Shown in pieces: positions 1 to 13,628 of a stretch of 64,000 bases of DNA (within the stretch, counting starts at the first letter, position 1; every line of letters begins with the position of its first letter). The stretch lies in NCBI GenBank assembly GCA_030704615.1, contig CM060734.1, forward strand, positions 39,370,001-39,434,000, in the 5' to 3' direction. The notes under the pieces are model-generated. The model worked only from the letters and a program-made list of their open reading frames with translations. It was not told where the DNA came from and did not search any database. Origin of the DNA: Takakia lepidozioides. Lineage: Eukaryota; Plantae; Bryophyta. The position numbers were made by a program, and so were the translations under genes.

Positions 1-51
1 TTCAGGACGATCAAGAACACTGTCCCGGCACCTCTGTTCACCAACTTCCAA

Positions 52-570
52 ATCTTGAGGCTGAGCCTAAGCCCTTGGACCTGTTGGGGTCTAACTTTTG
101 GGCTACTCACACACAGCAGCTTGATGCTTGTCTGAAGGGCTTTCTAGAGGATATATAGAAAGCCTGTACTAATTATTTATACCAAGGTGAGGTGCACCAC
201 TACCAGAGTGAGCCCCTCACAAAGGTAGTTTCTGGTCCTTATTGTTCGCTTAAACTGGGCACAGGGTCTATGGCGACAAGGCTATGACAAACGTCGTCTT
301 ATGAGTACATTCTCTCTCTTTGGGAGATAGTCAGTGCCCGATGTGCAGGTGGCCTCAAGACAATATCCATTTCTGGATACAATGTTCTCATCAAAGAGAA
401 ACCGTCTTCAAGAACATAGTCCTGCCCATGTTTTACCATCTTTCAATATCTCAAGGTTGAGCCTAAAACCCTGGCCCTGTTGGGATCTAATTGCTGGGTA
501 GCTCACACACAGCAGACTAGAGGAAATCTGGAAATCCTGAACCAATTGTTTATACCAAGGTAAGGTCAAG
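52..570. repeat. Diverged direct duplication (~52-200 and ~449-570) inside the presumed RPL30 intron
   Basis: The blocks tgagcctaa..ctgttggg.tctaa, ctcacacacagcag and tttataccaaggt.aggt each occur twice in the same order. Confidence 0.6.
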
Positions 571-1039
571 GCCAGAATACATTTAACTTTCAAGTTAAGT
601 CCTACCCAGTCAAACGTGCTGGCAGACCTCATTCTGCTCTACTCCTGTTCCCTTTCCCTCTCATCCCCGTTTCTGTTCTGGGACTTGGCAGAGCTACAAG
701 CTCCGGCATTCAAAGTCTACTGAGACGTATCTAATCGCAAAGAGTAAAAACATTTAGCAATATAATTGAGGCATTTGAAGAGCAAATAAAGTTCCTGCCA
801 AAACCTATGTACCCGAGAGTAAGCAGATGTAGAAATGAGACTGTGTTCTCACCACTCGGTCATTCCTCACCGCAAAGCCAGAGAGAAGGTCCCTTTTTAC
901 AAATGAAATATGAGGAGATGTATGGGGTCTGACGAAAATTAATCCTGCATAGCTCCCGAAGCTTGCACACTCCCTCCCCTCTCCGCCTCATACCGAACGA
1001 TTTCCTGATATGTGTTAGGGAGGAGGGATAGAGAGTCAC

Positions 1040-1210
1040 CTGATTAATCATGCCACGAATTGTGGGGGTATTATCCCGAAAGACAGTGTGATGGCGTTTG
1101 CGAAGACCCAGAGACTGCATTGTTCGACGATGCTGTTGTCTTGTTCCAGCCAGCCCTCTGACCATCTGTATTGCCAGGCGCGCACTCCAGGCCGGTGCCT
1201 GCCCTGCCAT
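1040..1210 (-). CDS. RPL30: Bacterial-type (mitochondrial) ribosomal protein uL30, first coding exon; later exon(s) not located, probably left of the window
   Basis: MAGQAPAWSARLAIQMVRGLAGTRQQHRRTMQSLGLRKRHHTVFRDNTPTIRGMINQ resembles plant mitochondrial uL30. A phase-0 donor CAG|GTGACT lies at 1040/1039 after 57 codons. Confidence 0.85.
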
Positions 1211-1890
1211 ATTGACAAACTAAGTAGACGTAGGTCAATTCAATGTCTACAACTAGAAGGAGAGGTCAGCTCGTTGCATAAATAAACCGGATTTACCGAT
1301 TTTCTGCAGAAGACATCCCAAGGGGTCCTGGATGAGAATGGGCAAGAGCGTAATGTGAGAGAGGAAGACAAGAAATCGTAATACAAAATTGCAACACGGA
1401 AACCCTAGTAGGTACCCTAAAACCCCCACATCCATACCTACAGTGGTACAGCAGTTGGGTTTACGAAATATCGGGGGCGGGTTGATCAACGATCGAGTCG
1501 AGGAAGTTTTAGCAGGTGGGTTCTCTTTATCACCAACATTTCTCTTGCTACAAGTGCCCATTGCCGTGCTGGTATACCCATCTTCGGTGGCAGTTTTGCG
1601 TGCCTGCATGTCTTTTGCAAGGATCCGAAGTTGTCGCATTCCCCCACTGTTATTTCATCCCAAGTTTCCTAGCACGGTATGGGGGTTCTAGTTCACTTCA
1701 GTTGGATGCTTAGTAGACGTTTCCTCAAGGTTGCTATGTGAAACAGCCACCGGGCAGTTTCTCAAGACAATGTGCGTAACGATCGATCGAAACTAATGTA
1801 GGAGAGGCATGTGCCCCTGTGTCAAACTGCACTAAGAGGTGATTTATATGGGTGTTTGATGGATGCAGAGCACACATATTGAAAGGGGAG

Positions 1891-4166
1891 ATGGCAGCTG
1901 TGAAAAATTTGAAGATTAAGACAGGCATCTGCCGGCGCGTGTTGAAGGAGCTGCAATCGTATGTGACTGAGGTGGACCGCGAGTCTGCCAAGACCTCGTC
2001 GATGAAGGATGCCAACGCTGACCAATTTGATGTCAAGCAACAGGTACGGTGTTTTGTTGATATATTGCAGGGATTGGGGGTAGAGGTGTTGTTGGCTCGA
2101 CCTGGGAAGGGCGCGGTGTCGCAATGTTCCAAGCTTTGTTGGTTTTGATCCGGGACAATGCGGTGGGTGTATTGGTGTTATCCATTGTCCTCTTTATTTG
2201 TCTCATAATGTCTGTCCATTTCACAGTGTCAAATTGCTGGTAGGCACCTCCGTCTCGAATATGAAATGCTCTCCTCCATTCTCTTTTCATGCAAGTACTG
2301 CCAAGCCATCTTCCCTCAACAAATCTTTGAAGACACAAGAGTTACATAAAGTGTAAGGGAAAGTGGCAAAAGTGAATTATGAAGAAGCATGTCATCCTAG
2401 ACAATAGGTGTGAATCGATTGCTCAGACATTGTGCATCAACTTACTGGTCTCAGGAAAATGTGCTGGCGGAGTCGCGCATGATGATTCCTGACTGTAGAA
2501 GGCGGTTGGAGACAGCACTTTCAACCTTGCAAGCAGCTGTGGTGAGTCCACACTCTCTCCTCAGCAATGCCCTTGCCCTGCTCGCTCCTGTGGGACTTTG
2601 GATATTTGAAGTTTATTGAATTCCAGGACTAGCATGACTATAGATCTTATCCCCATCGGCAATTATACCCATACATAAGAGCCGCGGCTCAAAGGATGAC
2701 TTTCTCTGAGAGTGGTGTATAGGGAGGCCTCGCTGTTTTTGAGCCTGTGTGCTTCATCCACCATGAGATAACAAGTTCTCATAAAGGGGAAAGACCATCA
2801 CTTCCATAGGCGAACATGAGGGGTGAAACAAGGCATATGGTTCTTGTTCAGCTTACTAGTACTATGTCTCCACTTCTCGTTCTTTCTGTGGTAAGGGTGT
2901 GATATCATTGGCTTACTGGTAGGTCATAAAGCTCATTGCTTTAGAACTTACCTGGCAGCAATTACATTATCTTTTACTCGAAGAACCTATCCGAAAAACA
3001 TTCAAAAAAGAGTGTACTGAACATATAGCTCCTAGAATGGCTTGGCAGGCCTGATAAAGAGGCCGATATATAAGAAACATACCTTCAACTCAGCAATGGC
3101 ATCTTGTGCAAATGCAATATACTTACCTTGGACAAGAAGCTCCTGATGTGTTAGGCGTCTTGACTGTGCTCCTATGGTTGGATCACTTTGCATGCATCAC
3201 TCTCGCGAAAACCATATAATATTAGGAAACCACTAATCCTAGAGATACTCCACCTTGAGACTTCAATGCTGCTAACCTGGATTAGTGGCTAGGATCATTC
3301 ACAATGCTGAACACAACATTGGGAGTACCAAATGTATGCTGCATAGGAAACTCAATTCCTACCACATAACCTTATCAGATGCCCACTGCTCATCAATGTG
3401 TAGTGGGCTAATTGAGTCCCAGAGACTTGAAAAGTTGTCTATGTAGGCTCACTCCTACACAGCCAACCGCCAAACTACACCAAAAAATAGGAGAAGCACT
3501 CCGAACTTAGGTATGGCAAGGTGTAAGTCAAATAAGATCTTCTGAAACATGATTCTCAGGCCTGGTTTGGACAGTGGCTCCATTTAGTGGACATTATATG
3601 CTCAAAAAGTTTAGCGCTTGCCTATAGTGTCGTGTGTTCCTGGAGATTTTTGGTAATCCAATTCTAAAGTCCTACTGCTGGACAAGTTCTGAAGCTACTT
3701 CCATTTCAGTGAAATGGTACTTTGCAGTGAACTTCGTAATCTGTATTCACGTCAGAGGCTCTGTTGTAAAGCATACTAGCCTTCCCTTCCTCCTGTTAGG
3801 TGGGCTGTCAGTGGAGGGTGGGGGGTGTTGATTGTGTTAGGAATGCAGGTCAGTGATAGGCTCTAATGTTTACCAGATAATGTTGCTTTGGCCATCATTT
3901 CTGCCAGCTACTCGCTAGTTTCTAAGTGGAGTTTCACATGTGATTGTTGTTGTGCACTTTGGTTTTTTAAACTAGTGGTATTGTTGTACATGTGAAAAGT
4001 CCAGCTGTGTCCTGGTGTGGTGATAGGTGCAGCATACAGGGGCTCTTGGTTGTAATGTGTGTGCTTATGGCAGGAAGAAGCAGAGAATGATACAGGTGTC
4101 CAAGGCAGCGAGGAGCTCATGGCAGCAATTGCACTCATTGCCAATGTGGAGCCTCTGTTCGCTTAG
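1891..4166 (+). CDS. TBCA: Tubulin-specific chaperone A (KIESEL/TFC-A); exons 1891-2043, 2455-2541, 4074-4166; 110 aa
   Basis: Spliced product is MAAVKNLKIKTGICRRVLKELQSY...DVKQQ|ENVLAESRMMIPDCRRRLETALSTLQAAV|EEAENDTG...EPLFA*. Both introns are GT-AG and phase 0. Confidence 0.93.
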
Positions 4167-5161
4167 CTCTGTCTCTCTCTATCTCTCTCTCCCCCTCAGT
4201 CTTTCCTAAGATTTTGTCAAGATACAAGCATGTCCACTGGGAACCCCTAATTCCAACAGGACCTCCTGGCAAGTGCCAAAGAAACCTCATTTGTGTGACC
4301 GGCTTTGTGGCATGCATCTGCACTCCTGCTAATGTACATAACCATAAGATGATGGTAGTTTCCAGGAGCCTTTGCATGTATATGAAAAGTAGTTCGAACT
4401 AAGACAGATGGAGTGCCCCAAGATTGGGAAACCTCTTTGTTGCAGAGAGAATAGGGCATGTGTCTCTTGAGATCTATTATACAATAGTTCAGTGCAACAA
4501 GATTCTCCCAGAAGACTGTATGGAAGGCATGATTTGAGTGATTTACTAACACAATATAATGTGAATTTTTTTTTCAATGGCAATTTAGTACGAAGGTGTA
4601 AGCTCAGTGGGTCACTACTGCAATGGATGGTAGTGTTTGGGAGATATAATGAAGCTTGCAAGTGAGCTTGTCCCCTCCATTCCCAAGAACAGCACACAGG
4701 CTCCAACATACAGACTGGAAGCTGTGTCATTGTATCTAAATTTGTCATCAGAATCCACAGTTTAGAGCAATCACACTCATTTGCATCAGATCCTCACATG
4801 AGAGCAAGATTTCTCAACGGTTTCAAACCGAAAGGCACAATAGGCTGAAGCATTGATGTCACGGTGGGCATTCCTCCCTGTCAGTGTCTCTGGAATTCCC
4901 AAGGATTGTGTATCTGTTGTTGTTCATTCTGTGGCAGGCACTTGTTATTGTTATAGCTATTATAAGTAGCCGACGGCGCGACACAGTTGTGATTCCGTGT
5001 AAGAGGGAGCGGTCACCCCCAAGCTGGTATTATAAGGTCCATGTGCCCACACACGAGCTGGCTTTGAACCTGCCTTAGTCAGAAACTCTCATGGAGTGTA
5101 GGCGTGCCTCCAGCATTTCGTGCCCCACGCAAGATATCCATCACACAGCGGTCCCACACTG

Positions 5162-5488
5162 ATGATGGTCCTGCTAGTCCCCGTGTCTGTGGGACCAGGA
5201 GCCCTGACATGCCAGCCCTTCCTACAGCCAAATCCAAATTTACAGAACAATTGTTGTATCTCGGGTTTCACCCTTTCAACCGGTGTGTGCTACAGCCCCT
5301 ACAGGCTACCATCATCGGTGCCCATCGTCTTCTTTTCTTGGCCCATCATAGCCACCGCAATTCTCATTGGTTTGGGGTCCTTCCTTTTCCATCGTTTCGT
5401 ACGGAGGAGGAAACAAAGGAGCGAGAAAACCAAACCAGTTCTTGAAGCAGAAGTTAAAGTCCCTTGTATAAGTGTACTTGGGTCCTGA
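5162..5488 (+). CDS. Possible small single-pass membrane protein (Cys-containing N-part, hydrophobic segment, basic stop-transfer)
   Basis: ATG at 5162. The ORF has 4 Cys, then the hydrophobic run VPIVFFSWPIIATAILIGLGSFLF followed by HRFVRRRKQR. TATTATAA lies at ~5028. No family recognised. Confidence 0.35.
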   Translation: MMVLLVPVSVGPGALTCQPFLQPNPNLQNNCCISGFTLSTGVCYSPYRLPSSVPIVFFSWPIIATAILIGLGSFLFHRFVRRRKQRSEKTKPVLEAEVKVPCISVLGS

Positions 5489-7190
5489 GTGTTGCACGGG
5501 AATGAACTGCAATTTTATTAGATCAACAGTGGGTCCTGTCTTAAATTGTAACAAGTAACAACTTTTGGAGCATCACCAGCTTTTAGCCTGTGGATTCTCC
5601 AGCTGCGGCGTCATCCAGAGAGCACGGATAACCGCCAGGTAAACCTAGGTTAACATCAGTGGACGTTGAAAATCCAAATGGCTGTTGATCCCACAAGCCA
5701 TTCTGATGAGCACGGGTTCCCACTTCCGATGTGCTGTCTTTGAGTGAGGAACTAGGCTAGTCAGCTAAGATCCACCCACCACGAATAGGCAGGCTATACA
5801 CACATTTAGCAACAGAAATACTGGAATCTGTAATCACAAGACAGTTGGAAAGCGAATAGAAAGAATATACAGAGCCTGGTTCCTCACTAACAAACCACTT
5901 TAGGCTGTCAGCAAGAGGATAAATTAATGTGGCGAGAATACGGTAGAAATGTGTGGAGGACCTGAAGGCTCACTAGATAGATAACTCTTAGTTAATGGTC
6001 AAACTGACAGACGCTGGAACTTGGAACTTGGACCCAAGAAGGGGTCTTCTGAGAAAGGTGCACTTTGGGGGGAGCATCAAGCAGAAAAAAGTTACGAAGG
6101 AAGCACAGCATAAAGCGAAATCGTGTGGCATGAAACTAGTTGTATGGCTACATATTCTCGCTGCCCTTGTGCTCCTTACACAGATGAAAAGGCGGGATCA
6201 ACGGAGTGTGCAACTCCATGGTACACCTGGGTACAATCACATGGGCCCACACATGCTGAACACAAATGCGAAGCTGAGCTGATATTAATTGATATTTCAA
6301 GTAGCTTCACAAGAGATCAACACAGTACTCCTCACGCTGGTTTTGCTTGTGGATCTTAGTACATGGGTCAGTCCATCCAGAATCATCTGGAGTTCGTATT
6401 CCGTATGCTTTTACTTATTTTATTTTTTTCAAGAAGGAAACCTGGGAGCGACTGCTCACACAATTCAGGCCCTTGAGGAGGGGGAGACATTGACCCCCTT
6501 TCATATAAGCCATTGGGCACAGAGGAGGGAAACATCACCCCCAGACCAACCGGTATTGTTTTAAAGTGCAATGGAGGCTCAAACTTCAAGCAGACCAAAC
6601 GAATATAAAAGAAGTAGGAATGCTGAGATAATAATGGTTGGTAGCCTTCAGTAAGCAGATCTGGGAGGCTCTGGCAGATTTCGATTCACAAAATCAGTGT
6701 TATAAGCGTGGCAATCACTGGCAGAGCCGTCGGTTGGCCCGGAATAGGCGCTGTACATCACACTGGAGGAATAGCATGCCCGCACACTAGGGACCTCTCC
6801 CCAACAACATCCGTTACATTGCTTGGGCAAGTTGAATTTCTTCCCAAGTTTGTTGCAGCTAGGTATTACTAATAAGCTAAAGGTAATGTCTGTCACGATT
6901 AAGAACAGCTGTGGATGCACTTTTTCTTTTATAAATGAAAGGGGACAGCATGAGGCCCTCTAAATCATATGAATAAGGGTGTTGAGGAAAATTAACAGCA
7001 AGATAGCGAGCTTAAAACCAAGAAGATCGGTTCTCTGAAGAGTTCGACAAGCTCTGAACCGTGCCCATGCTTCTACAAGGATGAAAGAGAGTGGTAGGTA
7101 AGAGACAGGAGAAGGACTACCAGCTACGTACCCACTATGTATCCCGCATAGCTGAGAAAAAGTCCTACTCAGGGGAAGTTCCCCACACCA

Positions 7191-7376
7191 GCAGAGATCT
7201 TGGTATGGCATAGGAAACTTACGTACTCTGTCTAGTCAACACACGTACTCTGTCCAGTCTACAGCAGAAATCCTGGTATCGTTAGAAAACACAGGTACTA
7301 CTCTGACTTGACTATAGCAGAGATCTTGGTATGGCATAGAAAACACACGTAGTACTCTGTCAAGTCCATAGCAGAA
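7191..7376. repeat. Degenerate tandem repeat, about 3 units of ~55-70 bp
   Basis: Recurring gcaga(g/a)atc(t/c)tggtat...tagaaaac...gtactctg units. Confidence 0.65.
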
Positions 7377-8407
7377 GAATAAGAAGGCCTGAGGAGAAAA
7401 AAACCCATTCCCCACAACTTGACTCTCAGGTTCTCAAAATTGAGATGTGCCTTTACTCTTAGATTCTATGTTCTGCTTAAATGTTTCCACGTAATTTTGA
7501 TCGGAGAGGACCCAAGCTCAGGGGAGGCTCCAGCATTTGGAGCCCAAACTGCACAGGTATCTGAATTCCTCCAGTAAGGGGATGAGCCCCAAAGAGGAGG
7601 CTCCGACCTATCTGTGAGGAGCTCTTAAGAGGAGTTTGCATGGTGCATTGGTATCATGCTGCACTACAATCAATGCAACTACCTACCATCAATCATCCAC
7701 AAATTCCAACCATCTAATAAACATCCACCCTAGTGCAGCTATGCATCACACCTCCAAAGTTGGCAGGAGGATTCCACAGTGAAAATAAAAACATTATAAT
7801 GTTTTTGTGTCTGACCTGGAATTTGAGCTCTTACACAAGATTCCCACAAAATTTTGCTTTGACGACTTAATTTTCTCAGACTTGAGACCCACAAACCTAA
7901 TGTAATAATGAAAGAAAAGAAAAAAAAACAAGCCTAAAACGGCGATGGGCTCTCTTGCTTTGGCAAAACATAAGAGGAAGGTGAGAGTAAGGGGCATTAC
8001 TCATCACAACACACCAATCGGAAGCCTTGACACGGTGTAAGGTCCTTTGACCACATTTTCTCCCTTGACTTGAACATGTGCAATGAGATTTACCCAATCA
8101 TTTTGCAGTTACAATTCTAGTTTGAATTCATTACGTGGAAGCGCTATACCATGTTCAATGAGAAAATTACAAGACGACAGTGTGTAGTGACTATCAACCT
8201 TGCAGGTCCATGTTACTGTTTCTCTTATGTATGGGTTTACACAAGGGTATAAAAGGTGAAAATGTCCTGGCTTCAAGGGACCTCCAAAGAAGGTGCAATT
8301 TTTCCAACTTTTTGAAGAAACCCTCTAGTATATGTGTAGTAATGCCCACCCTCGAAAGGGGCAGTAGCCGCAAGGTGAAGTGGTACCGTAGGCGAAGTTA
8401 CGTCCGC

Positions 8408-8502
8408 TTTGGCCGGAGTCTTCTTTCATTCTTTTTTTAAGTTTTTAAAGGGGTTTTGGCCGGAGTCTTCTTTTATTCTTTTTTTAAGTTGTTAAAGGGG
8501 TT
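8408..8502. repeat. ~48-bp tandem duplication
   Basis: tttggccggagtcttcttt.attctttttttaagtt.ttaaaggggtt occurs twice. Confidence 0.8.
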
Positions 8503-10158
8503 CTTCTTCTTCTAATAATGCCCCCACTATGTCCAAAAGTTTTCACAACTGAGAAAATTATTTTGCAAAATATTGTGGAGGGTGCAGGTGTCAAGCATGG
8601 GACTGCACACGTGTGTGAAGTTGAAAATCCAACTAGCCTTATGGAAGGGTCGACCACCAATTGACAGGGCCAGGCCAGAGATCGTATATAAGTATAAGGG
8701 TGGGGGAGGGCTTTACTCGGCCTGGGCTTTACTCCCACCTGCTACTTACTACTTCGGTAAGCAGGGCCCCACTGTGTTATAGATATAGAATGGAGTAGGA
8801 TTCAGGACTGATGAGTGGTGCAGTGCTGCAGTCTCTAGTATGTTTTGCCTCACAAATTGGAACCGAACCAAGTTGTCTGTCCCTTAGGCTCTTCTTGGTT
8901 ATCGCTGCCTACAGCCAGACAGTGTGTTGGGTCAACCCATCCATGCACAGTCCTCGCTTGATCGTCCTAGTTCAACAGAAGAGAACGCCAAGACAAAAGA
9001 TGCTGCAGGTGACAGTGCAAACGGATCAGTTTGGCAAACTCCACTGTTGGTAATCGTGTCGCTCGCGAAAAACGTGGTGTGTACAAAATCAGCAGCTGCC
9101 GACGTGGTCGTATGGAAGGATGGCTCACATACCTAGCGAGATGCAGCTTTTGCAAAGGAGATGGCTCGGCCGCACTCCGACACCTTCATTTACTTACGTC
9201 ACGCATGTACGATGCTGTGCATTATTCGTCCCTTGAAAAGATTGTATTTGCGCCTGTGCAGAAGAGTGACATACTTCTTACCTATGATGTAGTTATCAAG
9301 TGCAGTTAGAGTGATTGATCAATCAAGTCCATCGATAGGAGTTTGTGAAAAGGAGACACTGTCACTCACAATTCTGGCTCTAAGAAACATCACGAGCCTG
9401 ACGCTCCAGAACAGACCGCTCAATAACGCGAACATGGGTGCAAAATAGGATGGCACTTTGATTTTTGGAAGCTGCTGGCTACCACACTGTCCTTTCACAG
9501 GCAAGGATGTGTGAGGCGCAGCGCTAATGGCACTTACTAGCATGGTTAGTGGTGTCTTCTCTCAGATCTAACTTGGTAGGCGATGCTATAATTGGGTGCA
9601 CTGCCCAACAGTGGTGTTCCCCCATGAGTGCCCTGCTCGCTCTTTGCTGCTGGAAAACTCATTAGAATCTATCAAACAGGTCCATGGTTTACAATTGGGC
9701 ACGTCCTCTGTGCAGGATTTGACGTGGAATAAGTGGGTATGCTTGGATCCTGTCATGTGGGCTTATGCTTGCTTGTCCAGTCGCAGCACTGAGAATGGAG
9801 CAGATCCAAAACATTGAATGGCTAGCCGTGCTTCATTGTGCGAGCATGGTAACGCGCAGGCATCTTGTCTGGGCCACAGCTTCCGTGCCCATACCCAGGT
9901 TGAGAAGGGCCTTTTCGTCCTCTGACAGCGTCAGAAGCACTGCAAATATCTCTCTCAACTTCCGGCCCCATCGTCCATGCCACTCAGACAAGAAAAGATC
10001 ATGGGTACCAAATCATCCTTTTAATGGTTTTTGAAGAAACTCGGTTTTTTTTCCTGCAGGCAATTACTGCTGGTTACTGCCTGCAGCTCCCAAAAAAAAG
10101 ACTGGCTGACGATGACATGGCGATAATAACATGACACTGTGGAACCTTAGGCGTGCTC

Positions 10159-10297
10159 TATATATATGTGACGCCTCCCAAAGGAAGCGTAGTCTCTTGA
10201 ACCCCAAGGGCTACTGCCTCCCGGCGGGAAGGTGGGCACCTTTGTAACACCAAGTGGCTTCAACCCGCAACCACGTCTGAGGTGGTATGTGCCCATT
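10159..10297 (-). mobile_element. Putative tRNA-derived SINE, family 1, 5'-truncated copy
   Basis: Homologous to 18276-18450 (tgacgcctcc..aaggaag, gggctactgcct, gaggtggtatgtgcccatt). It ends in a (TA)n tail on the minus strand. Confidence 0.55.
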
Positions 10298-10933
10298 TGG
10301 GCTACAATTTGGCTGGCATTCCCACACTCTACACTAAACTACTCTTTGACTTTTCAGTTGACATAAGAATTATGAAGCAAAATTATGTGCCATGATGCCA
10401 AAAATAGTTACTGATTTACCACTTTCATTTCAATTTGTGTCCACTCTGATTGGATTATGCGACTCTTATTAATAGTAGTAAAAATGATTTCTTGGACTCA
10501 AAATAAACGGCCCCAAATTCTGGGAGGGGATATTCCTGAAGGTCAAAAAAAGAGGAGATGATTGGAGCAGCCAATGGGGAGGGAAGGCCTCTCATTTTAA
10601 GATAATAGGGTCTTCAATGGGCACGTGCGATGTGGCCGGTGGGCCCCGCGCACGGACGCCCGGCTCCCTAGCGCCCCGCCCGCCCCGCCCGCCGCTGCGC
10701 GCGGTCGCCCAGCCACGGGCGCAGCTGCAGCAACCGCGCCCGCGCCCCCTCCGTCGCGCGGCCAGTCCCCCGCCCATGAGTCCGCTGCCCTCCAGTCTGC
10801 TAGTCCGCTGCTGGCCAGTCGGCTGCCCAGCAGTCTGCCCGCCAGTCCCTGCCATCCAGTCCGATGACGGCGCAGGATCGCCACCGTCCATTTCCATAAC
10901 CCATCCGAGCCCTCTATTTTTAGGGCTGCAAAA

Positions 10934-13082
10934 ATGGCAATGATTTTCCCACCAAATCCCGACCGCTCTCTATTGACGGCTGTTTGTTGTCCGATGTTGC
11001 GGTAGGCGTTTCCATGCACGCGACTGTTCCTCTTTTGCGCGCGATGTCCATGATGATGATGAAGGGGAAGGACTGACGACCAACCTGCCACCGAGCACAT
11101 TGCCCTCATTGAGGAAGAGACTGAACCGCAGAGTTGCCAGCAGACTGCACAGTTCACAGACGAAGAACCGGCGGCCGAGCAGACTGCCCACATTGAGCAA
11201 CAGACTGAACATGCTGGCAAACACACTGACAAGGAACCACATGCGGCGCAGATACCGTCTGGTATAGCGCTGGATTACATGGAGTCTGCTCCCTCACCCC
11301 TTGGGCAGGTTGTGTCATTTCCTCTTTCAGCACTGTTGTTTATATTTTAGCACATTGTGAAATTGGACTAATTCGACATTTTGCTCGGTATCCTCATAGG
11401 ATGTTCGTCCCTCCGTCGGCAGACTGTCTTCTTTTTTAGGACATGACATCTTCCGCCCATGCTGCAAACGTGGGATCGACAGCCAAGAAAGGTGTGGGGG
11501 TGAGCACGCCCCCCGATGCGCGGGTCAGTTCTACGCATGCGACCCACGAAGCTGCAAAGACAGGTCCAGCAAGTGTAAACAAACCTGCTGACCAGCCTCT
11601 GTTGCGAAGTAGGGCGGCAGCACTGCGTTTGTCTGCTCTATCCAGCCCGCCTACAGCTATCTCTGCTTCCCAGGGGAGAGGCAAAGCCAAGAAGCGGACT
11701 GTCATGGACCATGCTGAGGAGGTCGAGGAGGGTCCGCGTACCAAGAGACCGGCGAAGAAAAAGTCTGGCGTCTTTATGAATAAGAACTGCAAGCTAGCCT
11801 TGGACATGGACAAAGATGTGGGTCGTTTCCTGGAGCAGCATAGGTGAGTATTGTGCTCAGTCTCCTCGTCTGTCTTTGTCGTTAAGTGCTTTGCGCTCTG
11901 TTGTGGTCAGTCTGCTGCTGGTTTCATCATTGTCTGTTGTGGTTAGTCTTGTCAGTCTGATGAATTGTTCAGCCTGTAGAGTATTTGGTACCATGTTGAC
12001 GTCAGTCTGTTCAGTACATGTGGCTTCCCGAAGGATGGTCTGCTCTGTGCAGGATGGGTGCTCGGTTTGGCAAAGCACATGCTCTGCACGTGAAGGCAGG
12101 TAATTCCATGCTGATGTTTTTTTAAGGGGACCCACGGTTTGAATGCGGACTGTCGCCGGATGACATAAAGGCGGTCCAAAAGGTTGAGTCGGAGTGCACA
12201 GATAGACTCCTGGAGCTGTGGTGTCGATTCTATGAGAAGTCGGTTGAGGCTGCGTTCATCAACACTATTGCTGTTCTTCCAACGTCGATGTGGACGGTGT
12301 TGAAGTCATTGGGGGTGGGGCAACATGAAAGCCTTCTGGAGGTCTTGAAAGGTTGCCTCAGCACTGAACGACTGGGCAAGGACTTGAAAGAGTGCGATTT
12401 CATTTTGGTGCCAATTGGGGACGAGTAAGAACTCTTCTAAGTCTGCTGAGACTGTCTCCTGAGTCATAGTCTGGTTTCGCAGTGTCGTCTTGACTCTGAG
12501 CGATTAAGTTGACCTCTGTATTTGTGCAGTGGACTGGGTTTGAAGATTGAGTCTGCTGAGTGCTGAGTCTGCTGAGTGGTCGGTCTGCTGAGTGTCAGTC
12601 TGCTGAGTCTGCCCATCATGATTGTGCAATGACGCCATGTTGTTTGATACCATTGCAGGGGGCACTGGAGTGTTTGTATCATCGACCTCCGCAAGGGCTG
12701 TTACACTCACCTGAACTCTATCAGGGATTTGCATAAATGTCCCTTTGTTCTAGGGTGGATTCGGAAGCTTCATGCGCAGTGCTTAGGGTACTCGATGGAC
12801 TCACCAGAGTGGCATGAGATTGTCCAAGCATTTCAGTTCCACGCGCCTAATGTACCCCAGCAACCATTCAGCTGGGAGTGTGGCTTTTACGTCATGTCAT
12901 TCATTCAAGTGTTTTATGAGTGGGTAAAAGTCAGAGCAAATGTCTCCAAGACTGCAAAACCAGAGAGAGGAACACCTTTCACGAAGGACTGGTTTACTTT
13001 CAAGTTTGCACTTGGGCAGCGAATGCAGTGTGCCCAGTATATCGTGTGGGGGTTGGACAATGTAGAGAAACTGCTCTCATGA
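10934..13082 (+). CDS. Ulp1-like (peptidase C48) SUMO-protease gene inside the MULE; multi-exon, 5' boundary and intactness uncertain
   Basis: The last exons give DFILVPIGD..|HWSVCIIDL..THLNS..NVPQQPFSWECGFYVMSF, i.e. the C48 His, Gln and Cys motifs with Asn at the usual Asp position. The N-terminal exons are acidic and low-complexity. Confidence 0.75.
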
Positions 13083-13628
13083 GTATGATGTACTTGTCAT
13101 GTGAAGTCTATGTACCGAAATAAAAAATGCGAGTCTTTTCGCATACTATTCCAGTGGTGATGAGCATTTTTGTGTACTGTGGGTGCTGGCATGTTTTGTA
13201 ATGTTGTCACTAAACTCAATGGACACAATGGTGTCAATTTTCCCATGCACTGTGTACCCGAGTCTATTGAGCTTGAATGTGCGAGCAGTACGCTGCCGAG
13301 GCTAGGACTGCTGGGTCTCGTACCTAGTCTGGGAGGCACCATGTCCATGAGTCCGCTGGGACGCTGGATTGGCATAAGTTGCAGGGATGAGGTGGAAGTG
13401 TGGTGAGCAGACTTTTGGAGTAGGCAGCAGACTAACCAGCAGACTGGCTTACTGGCGCTCGCAGTCTGTTGACTGTGACTCTGTTGGGAGACTGTGCGTT
13501 AGTCCGTTGGGAGACTATGCTTGGGAGACTGTGTGGGAGTCAGTTGGGAGACTGGAGGAGTCCGTTGGGAGACTGCGTATCAGTCCATTTGCGGACTTGT
13601 ATTTCAGAAAGGGACAATGCTACCAGAA

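Noticed and set aside
8800-10050. Cluster of short ORFs
   Set aside because: No recognisable motif and no consistent splice or frame structure.
10592-11242. Overlapping GC-rich ORFs, mirrored at 16897-17503
   Set aside because: They are by-products of the stop-poor GC-rich MULE TIRs and of the antisense strand of the Ulp1-like gene.
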